This document shows positions 39,086 through 50,273 of a stretch of DNA of 54,588 nucleotides, in pieces. The stretch lies in assembly GCA_013239625.1 (NCBI GenBank), contig MU053691.1, forward strand, positions 8,588 through 63,175, given 5' to 3'. The notes under the pieces are model-generated. The model was given only the letters and a program-made list of their open reading frames with translations. It had not been told where the DNA came from and made no database searches. Both the position numbers and the translations under genes were made by a program. Source of the stretch: Lama guanicoe (Eukaryota). Each line of letters begins with the position of its first letter. The stretch's first letter is position 1.

Positions 39086-39214
39086 TTCCAAGGCTGCTGA
39101 CCCCCACCTTTCCCTGGCCTGACCCAGCCCTGAGTCTGGCCCCTGAGCCTGGGCCCTGACCCTTCCATGACCCTGGCTTTGACCCTGCCTGAGCCCAGCC
39201 CTGATCCCATTCTG

Positions 39215-39547
39215 ACTTTATTAACTTTTTAAACAGCTTATTGAGGTATGATTTATATACCATGAAGTTCACTTATTACAAGGGACAATTCAATGATTTT
39301 CAGTACATTTTATTTGTTTATTTTTATTTAAATAAACTTTTTATTTTAGAATCATTTTACATTTATGAAAAAGTTGCAAAGACAATGCAAAGAGGTCCCC
39401 TATCCCCTTCAACCAGTTTCCCCTAATATTAAGATCTTATATTACTATGGCCCATTTGTCACAACTGGTGAGCCAATAGTGACACATTATTAACTGAAGT
39501 CCTTTCTTTCTCTCTTTTTTTAATTTTTTAAAGTTTAAGGTGTACAT
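39215..39547 (-). mobile_element. Stacked antisense L1M 3'-end fragments
   Basis: T-rich starts AACAGCTTATTGAGGTATGATTTATATACCATGAAGTTCAC and AAACTTTTTATTTTAGAATCATTTTACATTTATGAAAAAGTTGCAAAG. Confidence 0.7.
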
Positions 39548-40350
39548 TGATGGAGAAATCACAAGCTTCACAGATAAACAAAAGCTAAAACATTTCAGCA
39601 TCACTAAACCAACTTTACAAAAAATGTTAAAGGACATTCTCTAGTCATCAAACCATAAGAAAAGAGAACAAAAAGAAAGAGAAAAAAAAAAGACCTACAA
39701 AAGATTGCTTTGTCTGTTCAGGGATTTTGCAGTTCCATAAAAATTTTGGAATTAATTGTTCTAGTTCTGTGAGGAATGTCAGAAGTATTTTGAAGGGGGT
39801 TCTTTTGAATCTGTGTGTTGCTATGGGCAGTGTGGCCATTTAGATAGTGTTGACTCTTCCAATCCAAGAGCACAAGAAATCTTTACATTTCCTTGTGTCA
39901 TTTCAGTTTTTGGAGTATAGGTAACCCCCTTGGTTAAGTTTATTTCTAGGTATTTTATTGTTTGTGATGTAATGGAAATGTTTATGCCAGTCATAAAATT
40001 CTGGTTTTTGAACTGAAAAAAAAAAAAGGGGAATGAAGGGCCACAAATGGCAAAATATCCTTCTTCCTTATGGGTGAGCTGTATTCCATTACATATATAT
40101 ATGCTGCATCTTCATTATCTGTTCAAATATTGGTGTGCACTTAAGATGCTTCCTCATCTTGGCAACTTTAAATAATGCTGCTGTTAATGGTAGGGTGTAT
40201 GTATCTTTCTGAATTAATTCTTATTTTCTGGTTGGCTTTATTCCTCTGATAACTATATAAGTTAAAATAGCTAATGCTCTACACATTCTTAGAAACAATG
40301 AACAGTACATACATGTAAATTAAAAAATATATGTGCAGGGAAAAAAAAAA
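39548..40350 (+). mobile_element. Composite ORF1-only (HAL1-like) L1 derivative, copy 2, more 5'-truncated, polyA-terminated
   Basis: Same module order and junction sequences as 24016-24830: ORF1 stop TAG 39642-39644, TCATCAAACCATAAGAAAAG, antisense ORF2 ~39700-39975, GGAAATGTTTATGCCAGTCATAAAATTCTGGTTTTTGAA, GAATGAAGGGCCACAAATGGCAAAATATC, TTCTTAGAAACAATGAA. Ends with ATTAAA (40319-40324) and A10 (40341-40350). Confidence 0.82.
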
Positions 40351-40860
40351 GAAATGAGCTATCAAGCCATGGAAGACATGGAAGAAACTTAAAAGACATA
40401 TTACTAAATGAAAGAAGCCAGTCTGAAAAGGCTACCAACGGTATGATTCCAACCAAATGACATTCTGGAAAAGGCACAGATACAGAAACAGTAAAAAGAT
40501 GGTGGTTTCCAGGAGTTTGGGGAGAGGGAGGGAGGGATGAACAGATGGAGCACAAGGGATTTCTAGGGCAATGGAATTATTCTGTGTGATACTACAGTGG
40601 TGGCTACATGTCATTATGCATCTGTCAAAACCCATAGAACGTACCCCATCAAGAGTGAGCCCTAGTGTAAACTGTGGACTTTGGTGGATAATAATGTGCC
40701 CATTTTGGTTCATCGATTGCACCGAATATGCCACGCTGATGAGGGATCTTGAGGGTAGGGGAGTATATCCGTGTGGGTGGGGAGGGCTATGTGGGAACTC
40801 TGTATTTTCTGCTCATTTCTGGTGTGAAATTGAAACTGCTCTAAAAAAGTAAATCTTATT
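40345..40860 (+). mobile_element. L1MC-like 3' end
   Basis: AAAGAAATGAGCTATCAAGCCATG...GAAAGAAGCCAGTCTGAAAAGGCTA...GAAACTGCTCTAAAAAAGTAAA. Confidence 0.8.
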
Positions 40861-40914
40861 AGTAATATACATTTATATATATATAAACAAAACAAAACAA
40901 AAAGAGAAAGCATG

Positions 40915-41510
40915 CCGAGATTTCCATAAGAATTCCTTTGAATCCATGATTAGTTTAAGAAAAATAGGCATCTTTACTATGTTGAGTCTTCCAAATCATA
41001 AAAACAGTGACTTTCATTTCTTTAGAACCTCTTGGTCTCTTTCATTGGCACTTTATAGTTTTTAGCATACAAATTCTATAAGTATTTTATTAGATTTACA
41101 CCTGAGTACTTCATTTTGTTCAAACAACTGGTGTTTCATTTTTAAACTATGTGTTATGAATATTTGTTTTTATTATTTACAAATGCAGTTGATTTTTGAA
41201 TGTTATTATTGCAATGTTACTGAACTCACTTATCAGTTCTAGAAGTTTTTTGTAGATTTTTTTGGATTATCTCCATCTACAAAGATACTCACATCACCTG
41301 TAATAGCAATAATTTTATTTTAATTCTTCCTTTAGAACTGGTATGACTTTTCCTTGCCTTTTGCAGCGTCGATAATTTCCAGTACTGTAAAGAACAAGCA
41401 TTATAAGAGTAAACATCCTTGCCTTGCTCCCAGTTTAGGGAGAAAGCATTCAGTCTTTGATCATAAGAAATGGTTTTAATTGCAGGCTTTTTGTAAATGT
41501 GCTTTATCCA
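40915..41510 (-). mobile_element. Old L1M ORF2 fragment, minus strand
   Basis: Antisense ORF2 motifs GCATCTTTACTATGTTGAGTCTTCCAA and ACATCCTTGCCTTGCTCCCAGTTTAGGGAGAAAGCATTCAGTCTTT. Confidence 0.8.
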
Positions 41511-41519
41511 TTTATGTTG

Positions 41520-43970
41520 GGTTCAACCTAGGAGCACAAGGATGGTTCAACATACACAAATCAATCAATGTAACACACCGCATCAACGAGAAAGGGCAAA
41601 AACCACGTGATCATCTCAATAGATGCAGAAAAAGCATTTGATAAAATTCAACACCGATTCATGATAAAAACTCTCACCAACATGGGTATAGAGGGAATGT
41701 ATCTCAACATAATAAAAGCTATTTATGACAAAGTACAGCCAGCAGAGTCCTCAATGGTGAAAAACTGAAATCCTTCCCACTAAAATCTGGGATAAGACAA
41801 GGTTGTCCACTCTCACCACTTCTATTCAACTTACTCTTGGAAGCCCTAGCCACAGCATTTAGGGAAGAAAAAGAAATAAAGGGGATCCAAATTGGAAAAG
41901 AAGAGTTAAAATTGTGTCTATATGCAGATGGCATGATACTAGACATAGAAAACCCTAAAAGTTCCACACAAAAACTACCAGAATCAATAAAAGAATTCAG
42001 CAAGGTAGCAGGATACAAGATTAATGGACAAAAATCAGTTGCATTTCTTTATGTTAATGATGAATCAATGGGAAAAGAAATTAAAGAAACAATCCCTTTT
42101 AAAATAGCACCCAAAGTAATAAAATACCTAAGACTAGATCTAACCAAGAAGGCGAAAGACTTATACATGGAGAACTACAAAACACTGATTAAGGAAATTA
42201 AAGAATACTTTAAAAATGGAAAGATATCCCCTGCTCCTGGATTGGAAGAATCAGTATTGATAAAATGGTCATACTGCCCAAGGCAATCTACAGATTTAAT
42301 GCAATCTCTGTCAAATTACCCAGGGCATATTTCACAGAACTAGAACAAGTCATAATGAAATTTATATGGAATCACAAAAGACCCAGAATTGCCAAAGCAT
42401 TACTGAAGAAAAAGAACGAGGCTGGAGGAATAACCCTTCCAGACTTCAGGCTATACCACAGAGCTACAGTCATCAAAACAGCATGGGGCTGGTACAAAAA
42501 CAGATATATGGATCAATGTAACAGAACGGAGAGCCCAGAAATGAACCCACAAACTTTTGGTCAATTAGTATTTGACAAAGGAGGCAAAAACATACACAAT
42601 GGAATAAAGACAGTCTCTTCAAAAAATGGTGTTGGGAAAACTGGACAGCAGAATATAAATCAGTGAAGCTAGATCACTTCTTCATACCATACACTAAAAT
42701 AAACTCAAAATGGATTAAAGACATAAACATAAGAAACAATAAACCTCCTAGAAGAAAACATAGGCAAAACATTATCTCACATACATCTCAGCAATGATCT
42801 CCTAGGGCAGTCTATTGAAGAAATAGAAATAAAAGCAAAAACAAAAAATGAGACCTAATCAAACTTGAAAGATTTTACACAGCAAAGGAAACCACAAGCA
42901 AAACAAAAACAATCTACAGAAAGGGAGAAACGTTTTGCAAAAGATGAAACTTGACAAAGGCTTGATCTCCAGAATATATAAACAGTTCATATAAGTTAAT
43001 AAGTAAAAAAAAAAAAATCCAAAAATGGGCAGAAGACCTAAACAAGCAATTCTCCAATGAAGACATACAAATGACCATTGGGCATATGAAGAAAGGCTCA
43101 ATGCTATTTATCAGAGAAATGCAAATCAAAACTACAATGAGTTATCACCTCACACCAGTCAGAATGGCCATCATTCAAAAGTTCACAAATGATAAATGCT
43201 GCAGAGGCTGTGGGAACCCTCCTACCCTGCTGGTGGGAATGCAGTTTGGTGCAGCCATTGTGGAAAACAGTATGGCGATTCCTCAAAAGACTAGGAATAC
43301 ACTTACCATGTAACACAGAAATCCCGCTCCTGGGCATATATTCAGAGGGAACCCTAATTCAAAATGACACCTTCACCCCCATGTTCACAGCAGCAGCATT
43401 TACAATAGCCAAGACATGGAAACAGCCTAAATGTCCATTGACAGATGGCTGGATAAAGAAGCAGTGGTATGCTTATACAATGAAATACTACTCAGCCATA
43501 AAATTGACAACACAATGCCATTTGCAGCAACATGGTTGTCCCTGGAGAATGTCATTCTAAGTGAAGTAAGCCAGAAAGGGAAAGAAAAATGCCATATGAT
43601 AATCATTCATTTGTGGAATCTAAAAAAACACAAAAAACAAAAGATAAATGAACTTAAATGTAAAACAGAAACAGACTCACAGACATAGAATACAAACGTG
43701 CAGTTGCCAGGAGGGAGGATGGTTGGAAGGGACAGACTATGAGTTCAAGATTTGTAGATACTGACAGGTGTATATAGAATAGATAAACAAGTGAATACTA
43801 TATAGCACAGGGAAATTAATTCAAGATCTTGTAGTAGTTCACAGGGAAATAGAATATGAAAATAATATATATGTATATATTCATGTATGACTGAAAAATT
43901 GTGCTGTATGCCAGAAATTGACACAGCATTGTAAACTCTCTATAACTCAATAAAAATAAATTTTAAAAAG
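41520..43970 (+). mobile_element. Relatively young lineage-specific LINE-1, 5'-truncated (RT to 3'UTR)
   Basis: Long ORF2 pieces [32 protein letters not shown] and [19 protein letters not shown]...[21 protein letters not shown]. 3'UTR ends TATAACTCAATAAAAATAAA. Confidence 0.95.
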
Positions 43971-44029
43971 ATAAGAGGGTTTTTGATATTTATTTATTCA
44001 AGGCATATTCATGGAGCACCATCCGTTGA

Positions 44030-44670
44030 GTTACGTCAGAAACTGTTCTTGATTGGAAAGCAACTGGAACTACCGCTGCCATGTTGGAGGACACAGCACC
44101 AGCATGTTTCACACCACGGTGAAGAAAGACATTGTCAGTTTAATATGTTTCACATGTTTGCAAGAAGTAGTTCTTCTAAAATATAACCAGTTCAGAAATG
44201 CCTTATTGTAGGACATAGCAATGTTGTGAGGGAAGGCAGTGACAGAAGTTTCTGGTGCACTCTAAAAGTGACTTAAAAGGGAGAGAGGAAGGGTAATGTT
44301 TTATCAGGGCTTACCCAAGGATGATACTAGTTTGGGGTATTATAGTCATTAGAAAGTTATACTCTGTAGTGAGTTGGCAGAGTTGTATGTACTGTGTAAT
44401 GGGTTGGCAGTAATATCCCAAATGTAGGAAATATTCTGCAAGACCACTCAATTCCCTTTGGGATTACCCGCTCATGTATCTCAGTAGTCTAGGTTCTTTT
44501 TTTGGTATCAAATTAGAACACATTATCTTGACCCACTATAAAACTGCCTTCGTTGAATTATGCCTAAGGCTATGCCCTCGGCGTTTACTGGGGGGCAGCC
44601 TTATGAATTTCATTGCTGCATCTGTCACAGAAATAAGGACACTGTCTAACATCACTCATCCCTCCCTCAT
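44030..44670. mobile_element. Possible ERV LTR relic
   Basis: A non-L1 segment with general LTR-like composition between an L1 tail and a CT-rich tract. No family recognised. Confidence 0.25.
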
Positions 44671-45429
44671 GTGACACTCCCTCCAAAAACGTCCCCCATT
44701 CCTTCCTCCCTTCCCTCCTCCTTTCCTTCTTTCTTTCTTCTTTTTTTAAACTTCTGAATGCGGTTGATGTAATTAAGTTCTGACATTAACTACATGGAAC
44801 CCTGTCCATCCTCTCCCCTTGACTTCCCACTTCTTTTTATAAGTCCTTCCTTCTAATTTATTTTCACTTGCGTTATTTTATTTCCTCCTTGTATTTTTTG
44901 GTAACGGGTCATTTGCTCTGACTTCAAATAATATTCTGACAAATTGTTGCTTCCTAGGTATTTTGTTATTAGGAAGAACAGCAGTGGCAGGAGGGTTTGA
45001 TCTTGCATGCCAGCACCGGGCGATGGCGACGGCTGCCTGGAGCCTGGTGTGGAGAAGGAAAGGGGTGCCATGCTCGATTGGCAACATCTGCGACGAGCAT
45101 GTTAGGAGAACTTGTTGGCGCTCCTACCAGGTGTTTGACATCTATGTCTTAAGTAGAATACATGGCTATTCTAACAAGAAAGCATAAACAAGTGAATTAA
45201 TGACTTTCTGACTTACAAACCAGTGATATATAAGTTTCATTAGCCCACATCCATTCTCCAAAGCATGATTATATTTACGTGAAATGAAGAAGAAAAAAAG
45301 AGGGGGTTCCTAAACTGCGATAAAAAAAGAATAAAATAGTACAAACCCCCTGGCCAGGTTCTGCTACGATCTGGATGCCCCGCTTGTAAACATGCAGAAA
45401 CTGAACCTGGAGAGGATGGAGGGCTGCCT

Positions 45430-46380
45430 TCGTCTGCCAGCCGGCCCGCGGGAGGAGAGCTGGGCGCCAGACCAGACCCGTTTGGGCAAGGAAGTGGGCC
45501 AGGAAGCCCAGCCCTGCGCGGCTCCTTTGGCAAGGGGTCCGCCGCCGCCGCCGAGGGAACTTTTTGGGACTGCAGGCTGGGGCAGGGGCCGAGGGGCGGG
45601 GAGCATCCAGACTAGGGATTAGAGGGACGTGGACCCAGAGGAAGGGGGTTAGCGGCGATGGCCGGTTTAACGCCAAGAGTGCCCAACGTGCAAGGCGCGA
45701 TCCCCCGGCCCTTCCGAAGGGAGGTGGTGAGGGGGGCGCCGGGAGGTCTGGGGCCTCGGGCGGGCTGTTGCGGGGTGGGGGGAGCGCAGACCCGGGCCGG
45801 GGCGCGGGAGTCGGCGCCGGGGCAGAGGCCCCGGTGGGCCCGGGGTGGGCGACTCACCCCGGCCGCCGAGAGGCTCCACGGCGAAGACGCCCCGCCGGCC
45901 CCGCGTGGCCCCGGGCCGGCCCCTCCACGCCGCCTTGGCCGCGCCCCTCCCGGGCAAGCGGGCGGGCGGCTGGGCGCGGCCCCGGGACACCCCGAGCCGG
46001 AGTCGGGGAGGGGCGGGGGGCCCCCAGTGCCGACCAGGAACAGGCCCCGCTCTGCTGTCCTGCGCGCCCCCAGCCTAGGAGCGGGGACCCCCGCCTGGGG
46101 AGGCCCCGCCCTCGGTCCAGCAGCCGGTTTGCCCTCCTGCCGCCAAAACGAAACCGGGCGGGGGGTGAGGGGGGGCGACAGCGACCAGACGGGAGCGCGG
46201 AAGGAAGCGCAGCCGCTCGTGCTGGCGGTGGGAACAGCGGTGACCGGGACTGCGGCGTCCCCGCGCTCCCAGCTGTGTCCCTTAAGGCAAGTCACTCAGC
46301 CTCTCAGAAACCTGGTGAGACCGGAGCGGGAAGTGATTCTCAGCACAGGGAATCCCTTTCCAACAACTGCGTAGAGCCTT
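45430..46380. promoter_or_regulatory. CpG island / probable promoter with no identified gene
   Basis: About 950 bp, very GC- and CpG-rich. GC boxes (GGGGCGGG ~45593, ~46010) and ETS-like GGAAGTG motifs (~45490, ~46329). Minus-strand donor CGGG|GTGAGT at 45857 and plus-strand donor CTG|GTGAGA at 46315. Confidence 0.75.
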
Positions 46381-47371
46381 GTGTCCTGGGCCTGATCTCA
46401 AACACCTCCTCGGCCCAAATTTCTTCCTCACTCGGGTACCCTAAAGCTGGGGGTGGGGGGACTTCAGGATCTGAGGAAGTGAGCCGGGGGTGGGGGGGAA
46501 CAACCCAGAGGCGGTGAACTTATCAAGGCTTCCCTGTCCCCACCCCCACCGTCTTTAGGTCCCTGGGATACCACCACCCCGACCCTTAAGGGGGCCCTGA
46601 CAGCTGCTAAAAGGGAGGCAGCCTGGTGACCAGATGGGTTGGTGGCCTCTAAGGTGAGCTGGCTGGAAAAATCCCAGCAGGACCCAACTTCCCTAGAGGA
46701 GACAAGGGAGCTGGTGGACATTCAAAATTGCACCTGAGCCTCTGGGGGAGGGGCTGGAGCAAGTGGCTATTAACTGGGAGGGAGGAGGCAGTCTGCCCAT
46801 CTCCTGCTCTCTCCCACCGTTCTTCCAACAGCCAACTCAGGAGCCCTCATCAGTCAGAGAGTCATGAACTGCAAGATTCTAACTTTCTAAGTTGGGGAAA
46901 CTGAGGCCTGCAGCCAAGCCATGGGAAGAATGAGCCAAGTGCCTGAATTACCAGCCATTTTTAATACCTTGATTTTCAGGCCAAACCATTCCCTGCCAGC
47001 CACCAGTCCTCTGGGTTGCCCCTTCCCAACCCTATCCTCCTGGGCAGCAGATGCCCCTCATTCCCCTCTTCCAGGTACAGAGGGGGAAACTGCTTTAATT
47101 CAAATCTGACAGGTCATGCAGATCCCAGCCTGGGTCTCCCTAGAGAGAAGTGGAGGAGGGCTGGCTGCTCAGGTGGCTTCCTCCCTGCAAAGTGAGAAGG
47201 TGGGAGGTAAAGGGAGGGAACCTTTGCCAGATCTTGCCCTGAATTTGGAAAGTGTGGGACCAAATTCCAAGCAGTCTCCATGGTGCATCTGGGGCAGGAA
47301 GTCATCTTGAGCAGGAAACTCTACCAGCAGAAATGCAGTGTCTCAGGGTGAGGCTCCATGTAGGCTCAAAC

Positions 47372-47398
47372 CACACACACACACACACACACACACAC
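47372..47398. repeat. (CA)n microsatellite
   Basis: Uninterrupted CA run. Confidence 0.9.
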
Positions 47399-49729
47399 GC
47401 CCTCCCACACTCCCCTCTGGGCCACTACCTGCTCCCTGTGCAGATATGGCAGAGACCTCCAGTGAGGGGATTGGGATCCCCCTTGCCAGGGGCCACATGC
47501 TGCACTCTATTTTGCCTTCTGCTGTGCTAACTGTGGCAGCCCCGTGCCCAGAGGGTACTGAGGCGTGCATGACCCCCTCTGCAGTCCCTTCTTTATCCTC
47601 CCTTCCACTGGAGGGGAATCATCTTCCTCTGAGTGATGCTTGAAGGAGTGGAAGGGGCCACACAGCTGCCCCCTCACCACCCACCTGAGGAGGCAGCAGC
47701 TGCCATGAGTTCCTGAGACACGTGGCTGCCCCCACAGAGTCACCCCTCAGGCTGAGGCCGGGGGTGCCCGTTGCTGTCAAGCTCCACGGGGAAGCCCCAG
47801 CTTCAGGAAGCACATTTTCCACAAACTCAGCACCCAGCTAAGCCCTGTGGGAGGAAGGGTAAAGCCAAGAGCCTGGGGCAGCTCCTGCCAGACTAGAGAT
47901 GGCTGGAAGCTGTGGGCACCTCTCTTGTGGCCTGGAAGGCTCCCTCTGGGGATGGAGGGTCAAAAGCACCCCAGGGCAAGCCAGAAATCCAGGAGTCAGC
48001 CTCCTGGTTCCATTCTCAGCCTAATAACTCCAGCTTCTGAAGAAGTTTACCCCCACACAGGGCTGGCTGTGTGGCTGCAGAACTCTGATGTTGAAACCTT
48101 CAGGCCCCAGGGAGGAGAGCTGGCTGCCAAAATCAGAGAGGTGGGTTTTAGCTTGAACTCATCCAGCCTTGGAAAGGCGTTCAACAGCTCCCTGGCCTGC
48201 CTGTTTCACATGTGTCTCCACTCCTGGTTTGTTCTGCATTCCTTAGAGCACTGCTGGCCCTGCATGTTTGTCACAGGTGGGATCTGACCATATCAATATT
48301 CCAACCCGCCCTTTTCAACCTGTCACTTCCCTGCTGAAAGTTTTCAAGTATCCCCAGAACTTTAAGGTGAGCTTCAAACTATATCTTCCAGCATTGGAGG
48401 CTCTTATCTTCCTTTCCAGTCTTATCTTGGTTTCCCCTTCAGCCACTGCTGTAAACTGATCGCCCCACTTGCACTCACCCCCTCACTCTGCATTTCCTCC
48501 TCCATCTGTCCATGTCTTGTTCATCCTTTCACACTCATGGCCCCTGCTCTGAACTCTCAGGATGATCCAGTGTGTTCCACATGAGCTCTTTGTGTTCACT
48601 ACCATGTAGCATTATTTCACTCATGCCAGCTCAGTCACTGCCACTTGACTGTTATCTTTAGGAAGAAAGAAAAGTGCTCTCTCTACTCCCATTGTGCCAG
48701 GACCCAAGAATTTAAGTAGAAGGTGGGCGAATCCCCTTTTGTGAGCATTCTCCTCACCGACAGCTGTGCCTGACACTAGGTGGTGCCAAGGAGCCCATCC
48801 CACTTGGGCCTGATGTTCTGACCTGACAACTCCTGAGCCACAGACACCCTTGATCTTTCCCATGAAAATAAAGGCAAACGGTGAGACAGTTATATCAAGG
48901 GGTGAATTATATCCTGGTGCCTGAGGAGGCAACACACAATCTCTGCCAAGATTCCTTCCAAAAGGAGACAGCACAGAAGCACCCACTGAAGCCCAGCTTT
49001 GATCTTTCCCTCAGGCTGACTGGGGCACAGTGTGGGTCTAGGGCGCCCAGCAGTGCCCATGCCCCTTTCTGACATGGCCTCTGGGATTAGGACTGGGGGT
49101 GATGGGTGAATCAAGCCAAAAATCTGGCAGGTGGCCACTGCCTCCTGCCTGATTCAAACATACCCCCAGGGCAGGCAAGCCTGGCATCCATTTCCGAATC
49201 AACCACCAATGACGCCAGCTGGAGCTCCCAGGGAAGTGGCAGGCAGACCATCCCTGGCATGGAGGTGAGGCCCATGGTGGGCGGTGGTCCTCAGGGGCAG
49301 TGCACTGCTGGGTTGTCCCTCCCAGGCAAGTCTAACTTGCAGCCCTGTCCAAGGTTATTCCTGGGGGTGACCTTGCTCACATGGGTACAGACAGCCTCAG
49401 GCGAGTGCAGGAAGCCTTCTAGCTGTGGCCCCCTCTCCTGCCCACCCAGCTCCTCTGGGTAAGTCAGCAGGGGGTCCTGGCAGCATCCACACCTAGTAGA
49501 GCAAAGGGCACACAGTGCCGGCCCAGCAGGTGCCGGCAGAGCACGACTGTCTCACGGACACAGGCCTGGGCAGCAGGGGGCTCGGAGCCTGCCTCCTGTT
49601 TACTGCCGACCCTCTAGCATCCCTTCCCCCGTCCAGGTTGCTGTACCGGGGAATCATCCCAGTAAAACAGGTATCTTTACAGAAGGGCCCAGGAAGAGCA
49701 GGACCCGCCACTAAAAAAAGCAAGCCTCA

Positions 49730-49829
49730 GGGGAGGGTAAAGCTCAGTGATAGTGTGTGCTTAACATGCACGAGGTCCTGTGTTCAATCCCCAGTGCCTC
49801 CATTAGAAAGTAAGTAAGTAAAATAAAAC
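49730..49829 (+). mobile_element. tRNA-Ala-derived SINE head (camelid Vic-1-like)
   Basis: GGGGAGGGTAAAGCTCAGTGATAG (A box) ... TTAACATGCACGAGGTCCTGTGTTCAATCCCCAGTGCCTCCA (B box, tRNA-like 3' end), followed by an AAGT/AAAT tail. Confidence 0.85.
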
Positions 49830-50273
49830 AAAATAATGCCATTTGCAGCAACATGCATGGACCTGGAGATCATCATTTTAAGTGAAGTAAGCCAGAAAGA
49901 GAAAGAAAAATGCCATAGGATATCACTCATATGTGGAATCTGAAAAAAAAAGAAAGAAAGAAAAGAAGACACTAATGAACTCATCTACAAAACAGAGTCG
50001 CAGACATAGTGAACAATCTTATGGCTTACTGGGGTAAAGAAGGTGGGAGGAGATATATTTGGGAGTTTGAGAATTGCAGATATTAACCACTATATGTAAA
50101 AATAAAGAACAAACTTCTGCATAGCACAGGGAACTATATTCAATATCATGTAATAAAATTTAATGAAAAATAATACGAAAACAAATATATGTATGTATAT
50201 GCATGACTGGGACACTGTGCTGTACAACAAAAATTGACACATTGTAACTGATTATACTTCAATTAAAAAAAAA
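49825..50273 (+). mobile_element. Lineage-specific L1 3' end directly fused to the SINE tail
   Basis: AAAATAATGCCATTTGCAGCAACATG...AAGTGAAGTAAGCCAGAAAGAGAAAGAAAAATGCC...ATACTTCAATT-A9. Same type as the 3' ends at ~43520-43950 and ~54510-54588. Confidence 0.9.

Noticed and set aside
41837..42666. Active L1 ORF2
   Set aside because: 5'-truncated and frameshifted, and the RT catalytic motif reads YADG instead of (F/Y)ADD.
45564..46517. 317-aa, 238-aa and 227-aa ORFs in the CpG island
   Set aside because: G/A/R/P-rich low-complexity translations open in several frames on both strands, as expected in stop-poor GC-rich DNA. No recognisable domain.
49730..49803. Genuine tRNA-Ala gene
   Set aside because: Mutated A and B boxes, GGGGAGGG leader and A-rich tail are those of a tRNA-derived SINE; the cloverleaf pairing is disrupted.
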